This document shows, piece after piece, positions 11,052 to 22,605 of a stretch of 64,000 nt of DNA; position 1 is the stretch's first letter, and each line of letters opens with the position of its first letter. The stretch comes from Eremomyces bilateralis CBS 781.70 (taxonomy: Eukaryota), in the NCBI GenBank assembly GCA_010015585.1, contig ML975173.1; one strand, written 5' to 3'. A program made the position numbers and the translations under genes. The notes under the pieces were generated by a model. That model saw only the letters and a list, made by a program, of their open reading frames with translations. It ran no database searches and was not told the origin of the DNA.

Positions 11052-12667
11052 GACGACTCCGTAGTATACCGTTCTGTACCATCAACTCCGCACAGCGATC
11101 CTCCTCATATGAATACGGTATCGCCCAAACTGCCCAACTTCCCCAGTGTGGTCCCTTAACTCTACTTTTATTAACAGCTCCCCAGATCCAACTTCCACGC
11201 TCTTCACTGGTGCAAGGTCATCCGCTTGTTCTGCCGGCCACAAGAGTATACTCTATTCCGCTCCCACACCTCCCCAGAAATAAGGGTGTTCAATCAATAG
11301 GTCGTGACAGCCCTCGAAACGACTAAACAATGGGCGACGATTGCATCCGACGAGGTGTAGACGTGGGGGGTCTCAATTCGCCAGTGGGCATCAGAATATC
11401 GGGATTCAAGGGCACTGAGAGAACGGGTAGCGAATCAGGTGAAAGCAATCATGGAAACCCTTAAGCAAATGATAACTGAAGGTTTCAGACGTTGGTTGGT
11501 CAGGTGCAGAATTGGATGGCGGATGATCCATAATTAAATGCTATTTTCGCAGTCATGATGTGGTGGACTAGCTTAGTTCGGACCCAAAGGCTAGGGTTGG
11601 TGTTGGTGAGCGGCCAACTTTGGTAAGGGAATGATCCTTTTGAGAGATGAAAGCCCGAAACATGACCGGCGGGGTGACACACAGCCGCTTCCGGGTGCCC
11701 AGGGGTGCCTATACGGGCCAGAGGTGCCTATAACTAGGTCACTCACACACTACCACGGTGGTCGGTGACTCTCTGACTGCCCGCCCGGCGCCCGCCGGAT
11801 TGCCCGCTGATCTTTGTCCGTCTCCCCCTCACTGCATCATCTTCCTTCTTTGATTCACCGCATTCCTGCTGACTGCTTATGCAAACATCCTAATACATCC
11901 TCGCGCCCTTACCTATACGTCCTTTCGTTTCTTCGTTTACTGCACTGGATTTTGCACTTTCCACTCCCTCGCAGGCGGAGGATACCATTTCACGACATGC
12001 AACGACCAAGAGCGTTCTCCGAGCCATCCGCCACCCTTTGATCCTCATGTGGGGGACTAAGCCGATATACCCGTTCCACTGTACCCCGAAATCGAGACCG
12101 CCAGCTGAGTACTGCTGACAGATCGGGTTGGAAAGCGGTACATAGTTGTCGCCGCTGAATCAGATAAGAGTGAGTTTCATAATTCATTGCAAATCAACCT
12201 TTTCATTCTTTATCTGTCCTCTCATTGTTGTCGCTGTTTGCATTTGACCGTCTCGCCTCCGACCTGCCAGATATCCGCAGTCCCACTTGCCGCCGTTCGG
12301 CCTGGAAGTCGCAGCATGTACTTCCACTCGCTCTGTCTAGAACTCTCACTAATCGTTCTTGCTCACAGTGCCTCTGTTAGTTCAGACAGCGCCAGCACAG
12401 GTGGCATTAGGGCCGCCTGTGCTGTCCTCCATCGCTTCATCATGGACAACGGTTCCGTTTATCTCTACCACGACTTTCGCTGCAGAACATCTCGCGGCGA
12501 CAAGCGGATCATCGATACCGGGCATCGAGTACTCCGAACAATCGTTACTATCTAAGAACCCACTGGACCATCTCACTACCCCGTCAATACCTGATACCAT
12601 CACCGTCACCACGCCGTATCCGACCTCAGTCTTTGCCCCGCACCACCACAACCACTCCATCTCACCT

Positions 12668-14148
12668 ATGCCTCCACGCCGGAACCGAACGTCGATCTTC
12701 GGCACGACTCCGCAAGTGTTCGGGGCCATAACTTTCGCTGGATTGTTCTCCCTGTTCGGTCCATCGAGCGCCGAGCTCACCGAACTCGACGAGACATGGA
12801 TTGCGACGTCGAACTCCTGGCTGGATCGGTCAGCATGTCGGTGGATTGGGGTTTGCGGATTAAAGCATCTCAACCCAGATGGATGGATATTCCAGCCGGG
12901 CGAGGAGCCACCCCTCGTGCCTCCTGCGAAGGACGATCCCGCCCTATCCGCCGCTTTCGAGGATAGTTGGAGAGAGGATGGTAGCAGCTGGACGGAGGAG
13001 GAGAAGCGGATTCGGGAGATTCCGAGCTATGTCATGACGTACGCGCCGTATGTGCACCTCTATTCAGAGGAGGAATACTGGCCATCGGATGTTGCGGAGC
13101 ATCTGATGCATACCACCCCCTATCTCAACTATACCCCTGCCCCCGAGAAAACCTGGGATTTCGATCTGGACGCTCTGCACCGGCTGAACCATTGGGGGAA
13201 GTCCGTTTACTTGCAGAGTAAAGACAACGTTGAAGAGCGTCCAGACTGGCTCGGTAGCCAGGTGAACGTTCCGGTACCGCCGTCCCTCGACGATCCAAAG
13301 CCAGAGCCCGACATTTCCATCCCAGAACTCAACGATCCTCAACTATCTCCTCGAGCAGTTGCGCCTCCCATCGAGCCGCCAATCGGTTCGCACCGACGCA
13401 TGGGCACTCTTCGCGCGGGGGAATCGAAACAATGGATGTTCGGCAAGAAGGTTGAAGGCGGACGCAGCAAAGCCCCCGCCACCCTTGTCGTCGTCGACAA
13501 AGGCAACGGCACCGTCGATGCCTTTTGGTGGTTCTTCTACAGCTATAACCTAGGCAACGAGGTGTTTGGTGTACGGTTCGGAAACCATGTGGGCGACTGG
13601 GAACACATGGTAGTGCGATTCGCCAATGGGACGCCGACGTCGGTCTTCATGAGTCAGCATGAGAACGGAGTGGCGTACAACTATGATGCGGTGGAGAAGA
13701 TCGGGAAGAGGGTAAATCCATCCCATTCTTCCTCCTGGAATGTCTTGCTAACGTTTCTACCCAGCCTGTCGGTTACTCTGCCACCGGCACCCACGCCATG
13801 TACGCCACACCAGGGGTTCAGGCCTACATCCTCCCCTTTGGCCTCCTCTACGACCTCACCGACCGCGGCCCTCTCTGGGATCCCGCGCTCAACATGTATT
13901 CCTACACCTACAACATGACCACCCGCGAGGCCCGCAGCTCGAACCTCACTCCCGACGCGCCGACCGGCCTGATCAACTTCCGCGGCCACTGGGGCGACAA
14001 GACCTACCCGCTCAGCGACCCGCGGCAGTACCGCTTCGCGGGGCAGTATCATTACAGCAGCGGGCCGCCCGGGCCGAAGTTCCACCGCTTGAACCGGACG
14101 AACATCTGTCAGAAGGAGGGGGGATGTGACATTCGCGATTGGCGGTGA
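12668..14148 (+). CDS. VPS62: Vps62/TDA6-like protein (intron 13712-13764; start uncertain, frame open upstream to about 12359)
   Basis: Motifs IPSYVMTYAPYVHLYSEEEYWPSD, VDAFWWFFYSYNLGN, FGNHVGDWEH, YSATGTHAMYATPG, DLTDRGPLWDP and GHWGD. Confidence 0.85.
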
Positions 14149-16071
14149 GCGGGCGTACGGGGTTTGATTTGACGACGTTATGGATCCGCACGGGATGCGG
14201 ATGGGATACGGGGTACGGGACATGACGGGCGATGAATAGGCGTTCCTTGATTTGGCGACGATGGGTTGCATTACGGTATGGGCTACATGGCAGCTGGTTT
14301 TCCGGTCGCTCCGCGTTCTGGCACAGGTGCTCGGGTACGTCAAGGCATGTGGGACTGGATCGGGAATCGCGACATCCTCTGGTCGGGGGCACTAAACGCG
14401 GTTAGATGACCCAACGTCGTGTATAGATGAGTATTCTTTTGTAGGCAATCCTAGAGGTATCCATCCGACGGCGTTTGTGCCCTTATGAGTTGTGACTGAG
14501 GAAATTTCCGTGAACCGTTTATGGCATAGGAGAATCCGTTCAGCGCTTCAGTGCGAGAACGGCGACACTTTGGTTCGGTGGATGTTGCACTAGATTATAC
14601 AAACATTGGAATGAGTAACTAACGCGGGTGGCTGTCATAGAATGCCTGGGTAGGTTTGGGCTATGTTCACGGTAAAATCGTGGATAGAAACAGATATTGG
14701 GAGTGCTAACAGTAAACATAGACGATATTCAGCCAATAGACCATATCCAGAAGGGTCTCTCCCGGGAATTGACACTCTCTACTCCTATTGTGAATATACA
14801 TTGTCGGACGTGGACTCATCAATATGGAATACAGTCCTGATCGTTCTACTGTTTGCAATGCCATCTCCTCCCTCTCAGTCAACAGTGGGATTTTGAACTA
14901 CCTGCTCCTTTGCGTTTAACTTTGTATACCCCTCATTTTTGCGTGCCGGTGATTGTTTGATGTCCAGGACTGTTCATGATAATCCCGGAGTTTGCTCGAG
15001 TTTCAAGATCAGAAAATCCTGCTATGATTCTTCCTCAGGACAATACCTAATTTAATGTTCTTGCTCAACATCCTCTCTTGATCAGAGGCTGTTGATGGGA
15101 CGAGGTGCAGCAAAGAGGATGGTACATCCTGACGTTTCCGGTAAGTTACCGTCACTGTCAACAGGTCAGCTGCAGCCTTCCCCTGCATAGAACTGCATCT
15201 GATGTATATGTACTGCAGACACTAAGCAATAGTCACTAAACACCAGGATATCAGTCTAGACCGACTGACCAAGGATGGAGGCTGTGGCCCCGTTCCGAGA
15301 GCTTCTTCCATGAATGCCGTGAGCAGTTCCGTCGTCCAAGGGCCATCAACTTCTTCGACTCATCCTGAGTTCCAGGTGATTGTCGGATGGGATTTGGCCG
15401 TGGACCCCATGCACATCTTGCCCAACAACGGGCAGTATTGATGGGAAGGCAAACCAGGAAAGGTGTTTAGGGCACGCCCTTCCCGATGTCGCCGGTATAT
15501 TACGTGCGCTTGGCTACAATAATAGGATGACTAGGGCAGGGGAAGGGGGGATGAATGCTCGATTGGTGATGCTCGTGTGACATGACCAAGTAACATCAGT
15601 ACATCATCACTCATTCACCTATACAATGTCGGGAGCGGGAGGCCCTTTACTCGAGGCTTCCGTTACGTTGCATTAGTTGGAGTATTATAGTACCAGTCAG
15701 GTAGGGGATTGTTGCTGTTGGGTTGATATTGGTACCAACGAGGTCGTTGTTAGGGCTTTATACTACAATACTATCCACCAAGAAGAATAGCCATGAAACT
15801 TGCCTTTCCTAACACTTGATAATACAACACAGCTAAAGGATCCAGACATCAGGGAGTGCTGCGAAGCCTGTGACCATGCTGGAATAGCTGGATACCGCGT
15901 AGGAGGATGACCAGGTGATGATCAAAGCCCCACCCGTCATCCACCCATCTATCACCACCACCGTCCTTCCGCTTGTTCATCCTGTTCCCCTCCCAAATCC
16001 CAACCAACCACCCATATGGCACCAGGACCTGCGGCAGACTGCCTTGTCTCACCATCTGACCAGCGCCACGG

Positions 16072-16159
16072 TTTCGCCATTCCGCCATTTCACCATTTCA
16101 CCATTTCACCATTTCACCATTTGGCCATTTCACCATTTGGCCATTTCACCATTTGGCCA
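16072..16159. repeat. Tandem 8-bp repeat (CCATTTCA/CCATTTGG), about 11 copies
   Basis: Directly visible in the sequence. Confidence 0.9.
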
Positions 16160-16891
16160 GCCCAGCCTTCCCTTTTATCCCAACAAGGACTGAAGGGGGA
16201 GGGATTGTCAGTGTTGAAAGTCAGGGCTGCCTCTTCACTGGCTGTGGCTACACTGGCTCTAGAATTGATTGATTATCATATCTCTGCCACGATACCAAGG
16301 ACTGCGGCTGCCGTCATTAGCAACACCGATTCTAAATTAGTCACGCCGAGTGGATTATTGATTACTTTACCATTTTACTCGTTGAGTGGTAAATATCTGG
16401 TGAGAGTGACAAAGTGTGGACAGACAGACCGGGAGGTTATCAGATGGTCACCGCTTTGTTCCGCCCTTTGTGATAATTAGCGGCGCCTTTACGCCAAACC
16501 CCACGCTGCCATCCCCCTTTGAAGCATCATACATATTACACGTACACGTTGTTCTTCCACCATTACACCACGACACCACGACATCTCCTACAATCTCCCA
16601 TTCACTGAAGTCACCTCTCCTCCCTCCCCTTACCTCATCCCTTCTCTGGTTCAACATATCTCCATTCCCGTTCACTTCAACTTGACTTCGTTACTCTCAC
16701 GCGTCCTGCCATCACGTCAGCGCTCCACCCCTCCTTACGGTCAGCGATACCACTATCTCGATACAACACGGCCGCCATCCAGCTCAACATCACCCCCGAT
16801 TCTATTCACTACGCATCGCACCATTGATAGACCGGCCTAGGAGACTGCAGCCTGCATTATCGGTCTTAAATTCATCATCGCCATTTCCATT

Positions 16892-19048
16892 ATGGCACAA
16901 CAGCAGGCCCCACAGCGGCCACCACAACTCCGCCAACCCTCCTATCTCAACTCCAACGCCGTAGCGGGACCCAGTAATGCGGAGAACACCCTCAATTCCC
17001 CCGAGCATCCTTCACTCGCCCTTTCTCCGACCCTCTCCTCCCGCAAACGAACTCTTGAGGACTCGCAAGAATGGGTTCTTTTCTCCCCCGACACGGCGAC
17101 GTCATCGCCATCCCTCATTCGGACCCACACCGCGTCAACCGGCCGGACACTTCGCACGGTGGGCCTCACGCGGTATAGCGATGTCGGATCGCTCGACACC
17201 GCCGCTCGCTCCGATCAGATCAGTTCCGATGCATACGGTGATGAGGATGCCATCGACGTTGACAATGACCTAACTTGCCACGGCTCCGATGAGGAGGGGA
17301 CAGCCGATCTCGATAGCCTGGACGACGGCCTCCATGCTTTCCACGAACTGTCCGACTGGAGTGGAGGGCCTCGCGCACGTCTCGATCAGAGTGGTGGGAC
17401 TGTCCTGCCCACCCACGATGGGTTCGGGTCGTTCAATGCTAGTGGCACGCAGGCCGTGATGCAGGAACAAATCGGGCAGTTTGAGCGGTACAATACGCGA
17501 CGCCGTGGCAGTTCGCAAGTGCGAAGGCGAACATCAAGTATCCAGCGGCGCTTGGATGCGCTGCAAGAGGTGGAGGAGCTTACGGGTGAGCACGACCGGA
17601 TACAAATGGTGGAGCGATGGAGACTGGAACAGAGCAAGGCATTGCTGGAAGAGATTGAGCGGGAGACGAGGCGAATGCGGAGGATGAGCCGGACGAGTAT
17701 ACGGAGAGGAAGCCGTGCGACGAGCGTGGGAGGGTTCACGGCGACGGGCGCAACGGAGGGCGAAGTTGGTGCGGCCATGTCGGCGGCATCGGCCACAGGA
17801 GTGGACGAACCTCCTGAGAATGAGTCATGGTGGCAGCGTTTCACCCGCAAGGTGATCCGTGACTTGATGGGGATCGACGAGAACTTGCTTTCCGTCATCT
17901 TCGGCGAGGCTCTACCGATTGAGGCGACGGCATCAGGAGACGGCAACGATTCGGCCGGTACGACACCCACCAACAGCACCATGCGAGATATCCTCGCAGA
18001 AGGCCAGGATGAGTTGGACCACTCATGGGAACATCGGCTCCTCTCCCGCATCGCACGGGAACTCGGCAGTCTCGTTCACCAACTCTCGGAGCACCCGGGG
18101 GCATTTTCAACATACGTCCGCACGCAGGAGACGCCTACCTACGTCGGGGCGCGCGGTCCCTCGTCTCGACAGCCGACCACCCATCCCACCGGCACCATTG
18201 CGCATGACAATTCCCCATTCGGCCCGCTTAGCCCGCTCACGCCCACAACCTCCAACTCGACCGGCCCCCTCTTCCAGCCTACCGTACAGACCGCCCACCG
18301 CACCCCTCCCTTTAGCGACCCCTCGCTCTGGGGTATTGAAGAAGAAGAGGAGCCCCTACCGTCGGACCCCCGCCATTTCAACGAGCTGGACCGTGTATAT
18401 TGGGAGCGCGAGCTCGACGCCAAGCTCATCTTCAACTTCCTCCGCCAACGCTTCTCCTCCCGCCCCAGCTCCCCCACCCCCGAAGCCTCCGGCCTCTCTC
18501 GGTCTCCGTCGAACGACCTCGGCACCACCCCTCCTCACGCCTTCCACGGCCTCCCCTCCGTCACCGCGCCTAGCCTCGCCTCCCCATCCACCTCCCCCCC
18601 CACTACATACGTCCATCCGCATCTCCAACCACTCACCCAACCTCGCCCCACCACCGGCATCACCTCCGCCTCCGCAACCGGCCACTCCCCCGCCCACATA
18701 TCCGCACCCGCCATCCGCCCCTTCAACACCCCCGCGCACGCCCGCCGTGCCGCACTCATCCGCGCCAACCACCCTCTCGCTACCCCGCCAATCTCACGAC
18801 GACGGGACCTCCACCGCCACCACGGGCACATCCCGCACCGGTTCAATCCCAGCGGCGGATTACGTGGGGGGGTGGAGGGGACGAGCGGGGTGGGGATGTT
18901 GTTGCGGAGGGGGGGCACGGCGGGGAGTTCGAGTTGTGCGAGTCAGAGTACACGGCGAAGTTGGAAGAGTGGAGGGGGGAGTGGGGGGAAGGGGAAGGGG
19001 AGGTTTTGGGAGGGAAATGGGGGGAGTGATGGGGGGATTGTGGTGTGA
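16892..19048 (+). CDS. Hypothetical, largely disordered fungal protein (718 aa)
   Basis: Long intronless ORF with ordered-looking blocks (DSQEWVLFSP, LDSLDDGLHAF, VLPTHDGFGSF, SWWQRFTRKVIRDLMGIDE, LSEHPGAFSTY). No function recognised. Confidence 0.8.
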   Translation: MAQQQAPQRPPQLRQPSYLNSNAVAGPSNAENTLNSPEHPSLALSPTLSSRKRTLEDSQEWVLFSPDTATSSPSLIRTHTASTGRTLRTVGLTRYSDVGSLDTAARSDQISSDAYGDEDAIDVDNDLTCHGSDEEGTADLDSLDDGLHAFHELSDWSGGPRARLDQSGGTVLPTHDGFGSFNASGTQAVMQEQIGQFERYNTRRRGSSQVRRRTSSIQRRLDALQEVEELTGEHDRIQMVERWRLEQSKALLEEIERETRRMRRMSRTSIRRGSRATSVGGFTATGATEGEVGAAMSAASATGVDEPPENESWWQRFTRKVIRDLMGIDENLLSVIFGEALPIEATASGDGNDSAGTTPTNSTMRDILAEGQDELDHSWEHRLLSRIARELGSLVHQLSEHPGAFSTYVRTQETPTYVGARGPSSRQPTTHPTGTIAHDNSPFGPLSPLTPTTSNSTGPLFQPTVQTAHRTPPFSDPSLWGIEEEEEPLPSDPRHFNELDRVYWERELDAKLIFNFLRQRFSSRPSSPTPEASGLSRSPSNDLGTTPPHAFHGLPSVTAPSLASPSTSPPTTYVHPHLQPLTQPRPTTGITSASATGHSPAHISAPAIRPFNTPAHARRAALIRANHPLATPPISRRRDLHRHHGHIPHRFNPSGGLRGGVEGTSGVGMLLRRGGTAGSSSCASQSTRRSWKSGGGSGGKGKGRFWEGNGGSDGGIVV

Positions 19049-19629
19049 TATGGTAGGTATATGAGGGTGGGGAGGATGGGTGACGAGGGATATTTTAGTA
19101 ATATGTGCTATATGATGATGACTTGTACAACGCATGGACGGAGGGATGTCGCGGGTTTACGAGAGAAGTTTCATAGAAGATGTCGTTTCCACTTCTGAGG
19201 TGTAGCGTTTTTTCTATCTTTAACTTAATTCTCCGTTTCTTTCTTGGAGCTCGCTCCGACATAAATGTCATCTAGAGTTTCCCACTTTCATCACTGGTGC
19301 ATGTCGTGAACATGATTGTTTCCAGATAGAAACGGAGCATAACGAATGAAGCGTATCATACTAGAGATTGAAACCAACTGGATTGTGAGTTGAATGATCC
19401 TTTACGGCCTCTTGTGCTGGTATCTACAATGATTTGCAAAGTACGGTCGGCATGGTGCATGAAGAGGGTAATGGTCACTGATTGATAGCATGCAAGGACG
19501 AGGTATCGGGATTTTATGAGTGCCATTGATTGCCCTGTAATGAAGCATCATTTTGAATAACAGTACAACCTTATTTGACTCCCGTAATGTCGATCAAACC
19601 CGTTCTCTTTCCATTCCACCTCCACAACC

Positions 19630-20425
19630 TCAAGCCTCGAAGGCCTGGGGATACGACTCCATGTTCGACGCGATCGACCCCCGGCTCGTCAAGAACTTGA
19701 CGTAGGCGCCATCGGGCTTGATCTTCCCCTCCTGCATCTTCTTCACGAACTCCTCCCGTCGCAGCGTGGTGAACCCCCAGTTCTTGCTCACGATGATCTT
19801 TTGGCGGCCGGGGAACTTGTACTGGCTCCTCCGCAGGGCCTCGATGGCGGTGGGCTTGTGCGCGTCCTTGGTGCGGATGGACAGCAGGATCTGGCCGATG
19901 TTGACGCGGGCGACGCGGCCGTAGCACTTGCCGAAGGCACCGCGCATACCGGTTTGCAGACGATCGGCGCCGGCGCACGACAACATCTTGTTGATGCGGA
20001 CGACGTGGTGCGGGTGCGGGCGGACGCGCATGTGGAAGCCTTCCTTACCAGCGATCTTGACCATGTACTTGTTGGCGCAGATACGGGCGGCTTCGAGGGC
20101 TTCGGAGGAGAGCTGCTCGTATTCGTTGGAGACAAGGTGGACCTATGGGAGTTACGTCAGTTGTTGTTGGATGGACGTGTTGGAGTCGGTTCAACGTACA
20201 CATAGCGGGAACTCAGTGATATCTGCGCGCTTGCGGCCCAAATCGTAGATCCTGATCTTGGCGTCGGGGACACCACGGTTGAAGCGAGACTTGGGATACG
20301 GCTGTGATGACGAGAAGTCAGTTTTGATGGTCTTCTTTGAAAGACACCCATCTCGGGGCGTGTGTGGTCGAATGCCATACCTTGTTCTTGCAATAGCGGT
20401 AGCAATGAGCCGGTCGTCGAGCCAT
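19630..20425 (-). CDS. RPL10: 60S ribosomal protein L10 (uL16); introns 20302-20380 and 20143-20199
   Basis: [37 protein letters not shown]...[18 protein letters not shown]...[24 protein letters not shown]...[17 protein letters not shown]. Confidence 0.98.
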
Positions 20426-20988
20426 CTTGACGGATATTTGCTCGATGGGACTATGTTGTGGTTGTTGTGGTGAAAGAGGAAAGGGAGAGGTGAGAGGGTT
20501 ATGAGGTGGAGGTGGTGGTGGCGTTGGCAGTTGTAGGTGGATTTCAAATCAGGTGCGCCAAGCCTCTGGTGGTGGTGACTCCTTCGCTTACGAACATTCA
20601 CGGCATTTGCCACCCACACTGCCCACCTGCCGATCAATCAGCCACTGTATTTCAGGACATAGAAGAAATTGAGAATATTCAGTAGAAGTGAACTACGATA
20701 GGATGCCATCATTATAGGTACTATAGCATTGGATCCGAGAATTACGAAACTGGTTGGAATTATTGGTTTGTTGGCACTCGGTAATTGAGTCCAGCTAGGC
20801 GAGCAGTTGAATATCACAATCACAATCGAGTCACAGAAGTTGGATAGATCTCGCATAAGATATGGCACGCTGTCGATTCATGGTATTTCGCGGCATCAAA
20901 AGAATCCGCTCACGGATCTAATACATAGGTATCCATTTCCCGTTTTAACGCCGGACGCAATGCCATGCTTCCCATCCCCATTCATCGC

Positions 20989-21539
20989 TTAGGCAGCGGC
21001 GGTGGAGAGGATATCGGAGTCACCAGCATCCAGGACAGCCATGGTGGAGGTCCTGAACAGCTTTCCGCAGGCGGTACCCAACTCAATCTGCAGAAATATA
21101 TCGCGTCAGTCATTGTGCGCCCTCCAAAGTCTTGCATGGAGACTTTTTCGCAGGGCAGGTCACCTCCTGCGACAGAAGGACCGGGGGAAGGAGAGGCTTA
21201 CGTTGTTTCCGGCGAAGTGGTGGACGCTCGTCTTGGCCAACATGGAGTAGTATTCGAGCTCCGACTTCTTGAGGGGAGGAGTGTTGCCAGCGATCTTGTC
21301 AAACGGTCAGATTTTGCCGTGTCAAGGAGCTTCTTGTCTAACTTACGATGACAAGCTTGGCCTTTCCAGATCGCAGGCTCTTGAGGGTCGACTTGTAGCC
21401 CAGGGTGACTGGATATATGATTAGAGGGAGGACTCGGTTGAAATTTCATGGAGCAGTACACACCTTTACCAGACTTCATCACAAGCGCAAGGCGCGAGTT
21501 GATGGAGTCAGCAGCTTTCTTTGATCGCTTGGGAGCCAT
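20989..21539 (-). CDS. RPL30: 60S ribosomal protein L30 (eL30); 4 exons
   Basis: [104 protein letters not shown]. Confidence 0.98.
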
Positions 21540-22605
21540 TTTAGCGATTGGGATTGAATGGCGGTGGGATGGATTGACGGAAGTGGGAATAGATTGGAAG
21601 TCTTAGGATCGTGAAGTCGCGAAGAGGAGGAAAATTATCGAGTTGTGGGGGACTGCTGTGTGGGTGGTGTGGCTTGGCCCAGGTCACCTGACTGGAATCT
21701 ATCTATCGACCCTCTGCTCGCTCTCTCTCTCATTCAGGCATCAAGGAACCCACGCCAGACTACCATCTCTTGCGCCTTGCATGTGCTTTTCGACATGAAC
21801 CCTTAATAGCCCAATACAGAAGATGGTCGAGCATAATGTAAGTCGTAACAACCATCCACATGTCGAATCAGGTCTCAAGAACATAGATCGGCCTAGTCTA
21901 AATTACAGTATACATACTTCATACAGGTATAGATCTGTTTACAATTATGTCGCAACTATGAACTACACCGAAGGCGATGCTAAGATCCAGCACCTCATTC
22001 CATCCGAATTGAGTGGTCAGCAGACCACGTATTATTAGAACAAAACATGAACAAGCAGGCGAGCACATAGATCGCCTCAGTATTACACATATGATACCTA
22101 CATACCCGAGGACAGCCAGAGGTGAACCAGCATCTGCCAGTGTCAACAACATACAATACTGAGGGGGCAATTAGCAACCCTGTGATATGGGAGTACTGTC
22201 ATCTCCAGACAACCACCCATGATATCCAAGGCCTCCTTCCGTCCACGTCTCTTCTTGGTTCTCACTCTCTTTCGCACATACGCTAGACAGTGACACAGAC
22301 ATTCGAAACAATTGATAGCGCATGTTAACAGGAATCTTGTCGTGAAATTTCCAGCTCACGCCATCCCGACCTGACAGGAACAGCCACAACGGCCAGGTGC
22401 AGGGAATCGAGTTCGGCTATTCTTCGCCACTCGCGTCTTCTCACGGAAGCGCTGCGCATTGAGCGTTCAACGTCGCGGACTCGCGCCAGCCCTTCGTATC
22501 GACTATCGACAATCATTAGCGACGCCGACGCCATACGATTTCAGCTTAGTCGCGTCCCTGCTCCAGGTTATCAGCAATCACCATCCTTGATTCCTCCCTA
22601 TTAAG

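Noticed and set aside
14400..16050. Short ORFs between the VPS62-like gene and the hypothetical gene
   Set aside because: No recognisable motifs, coding bias or coherent splice model.
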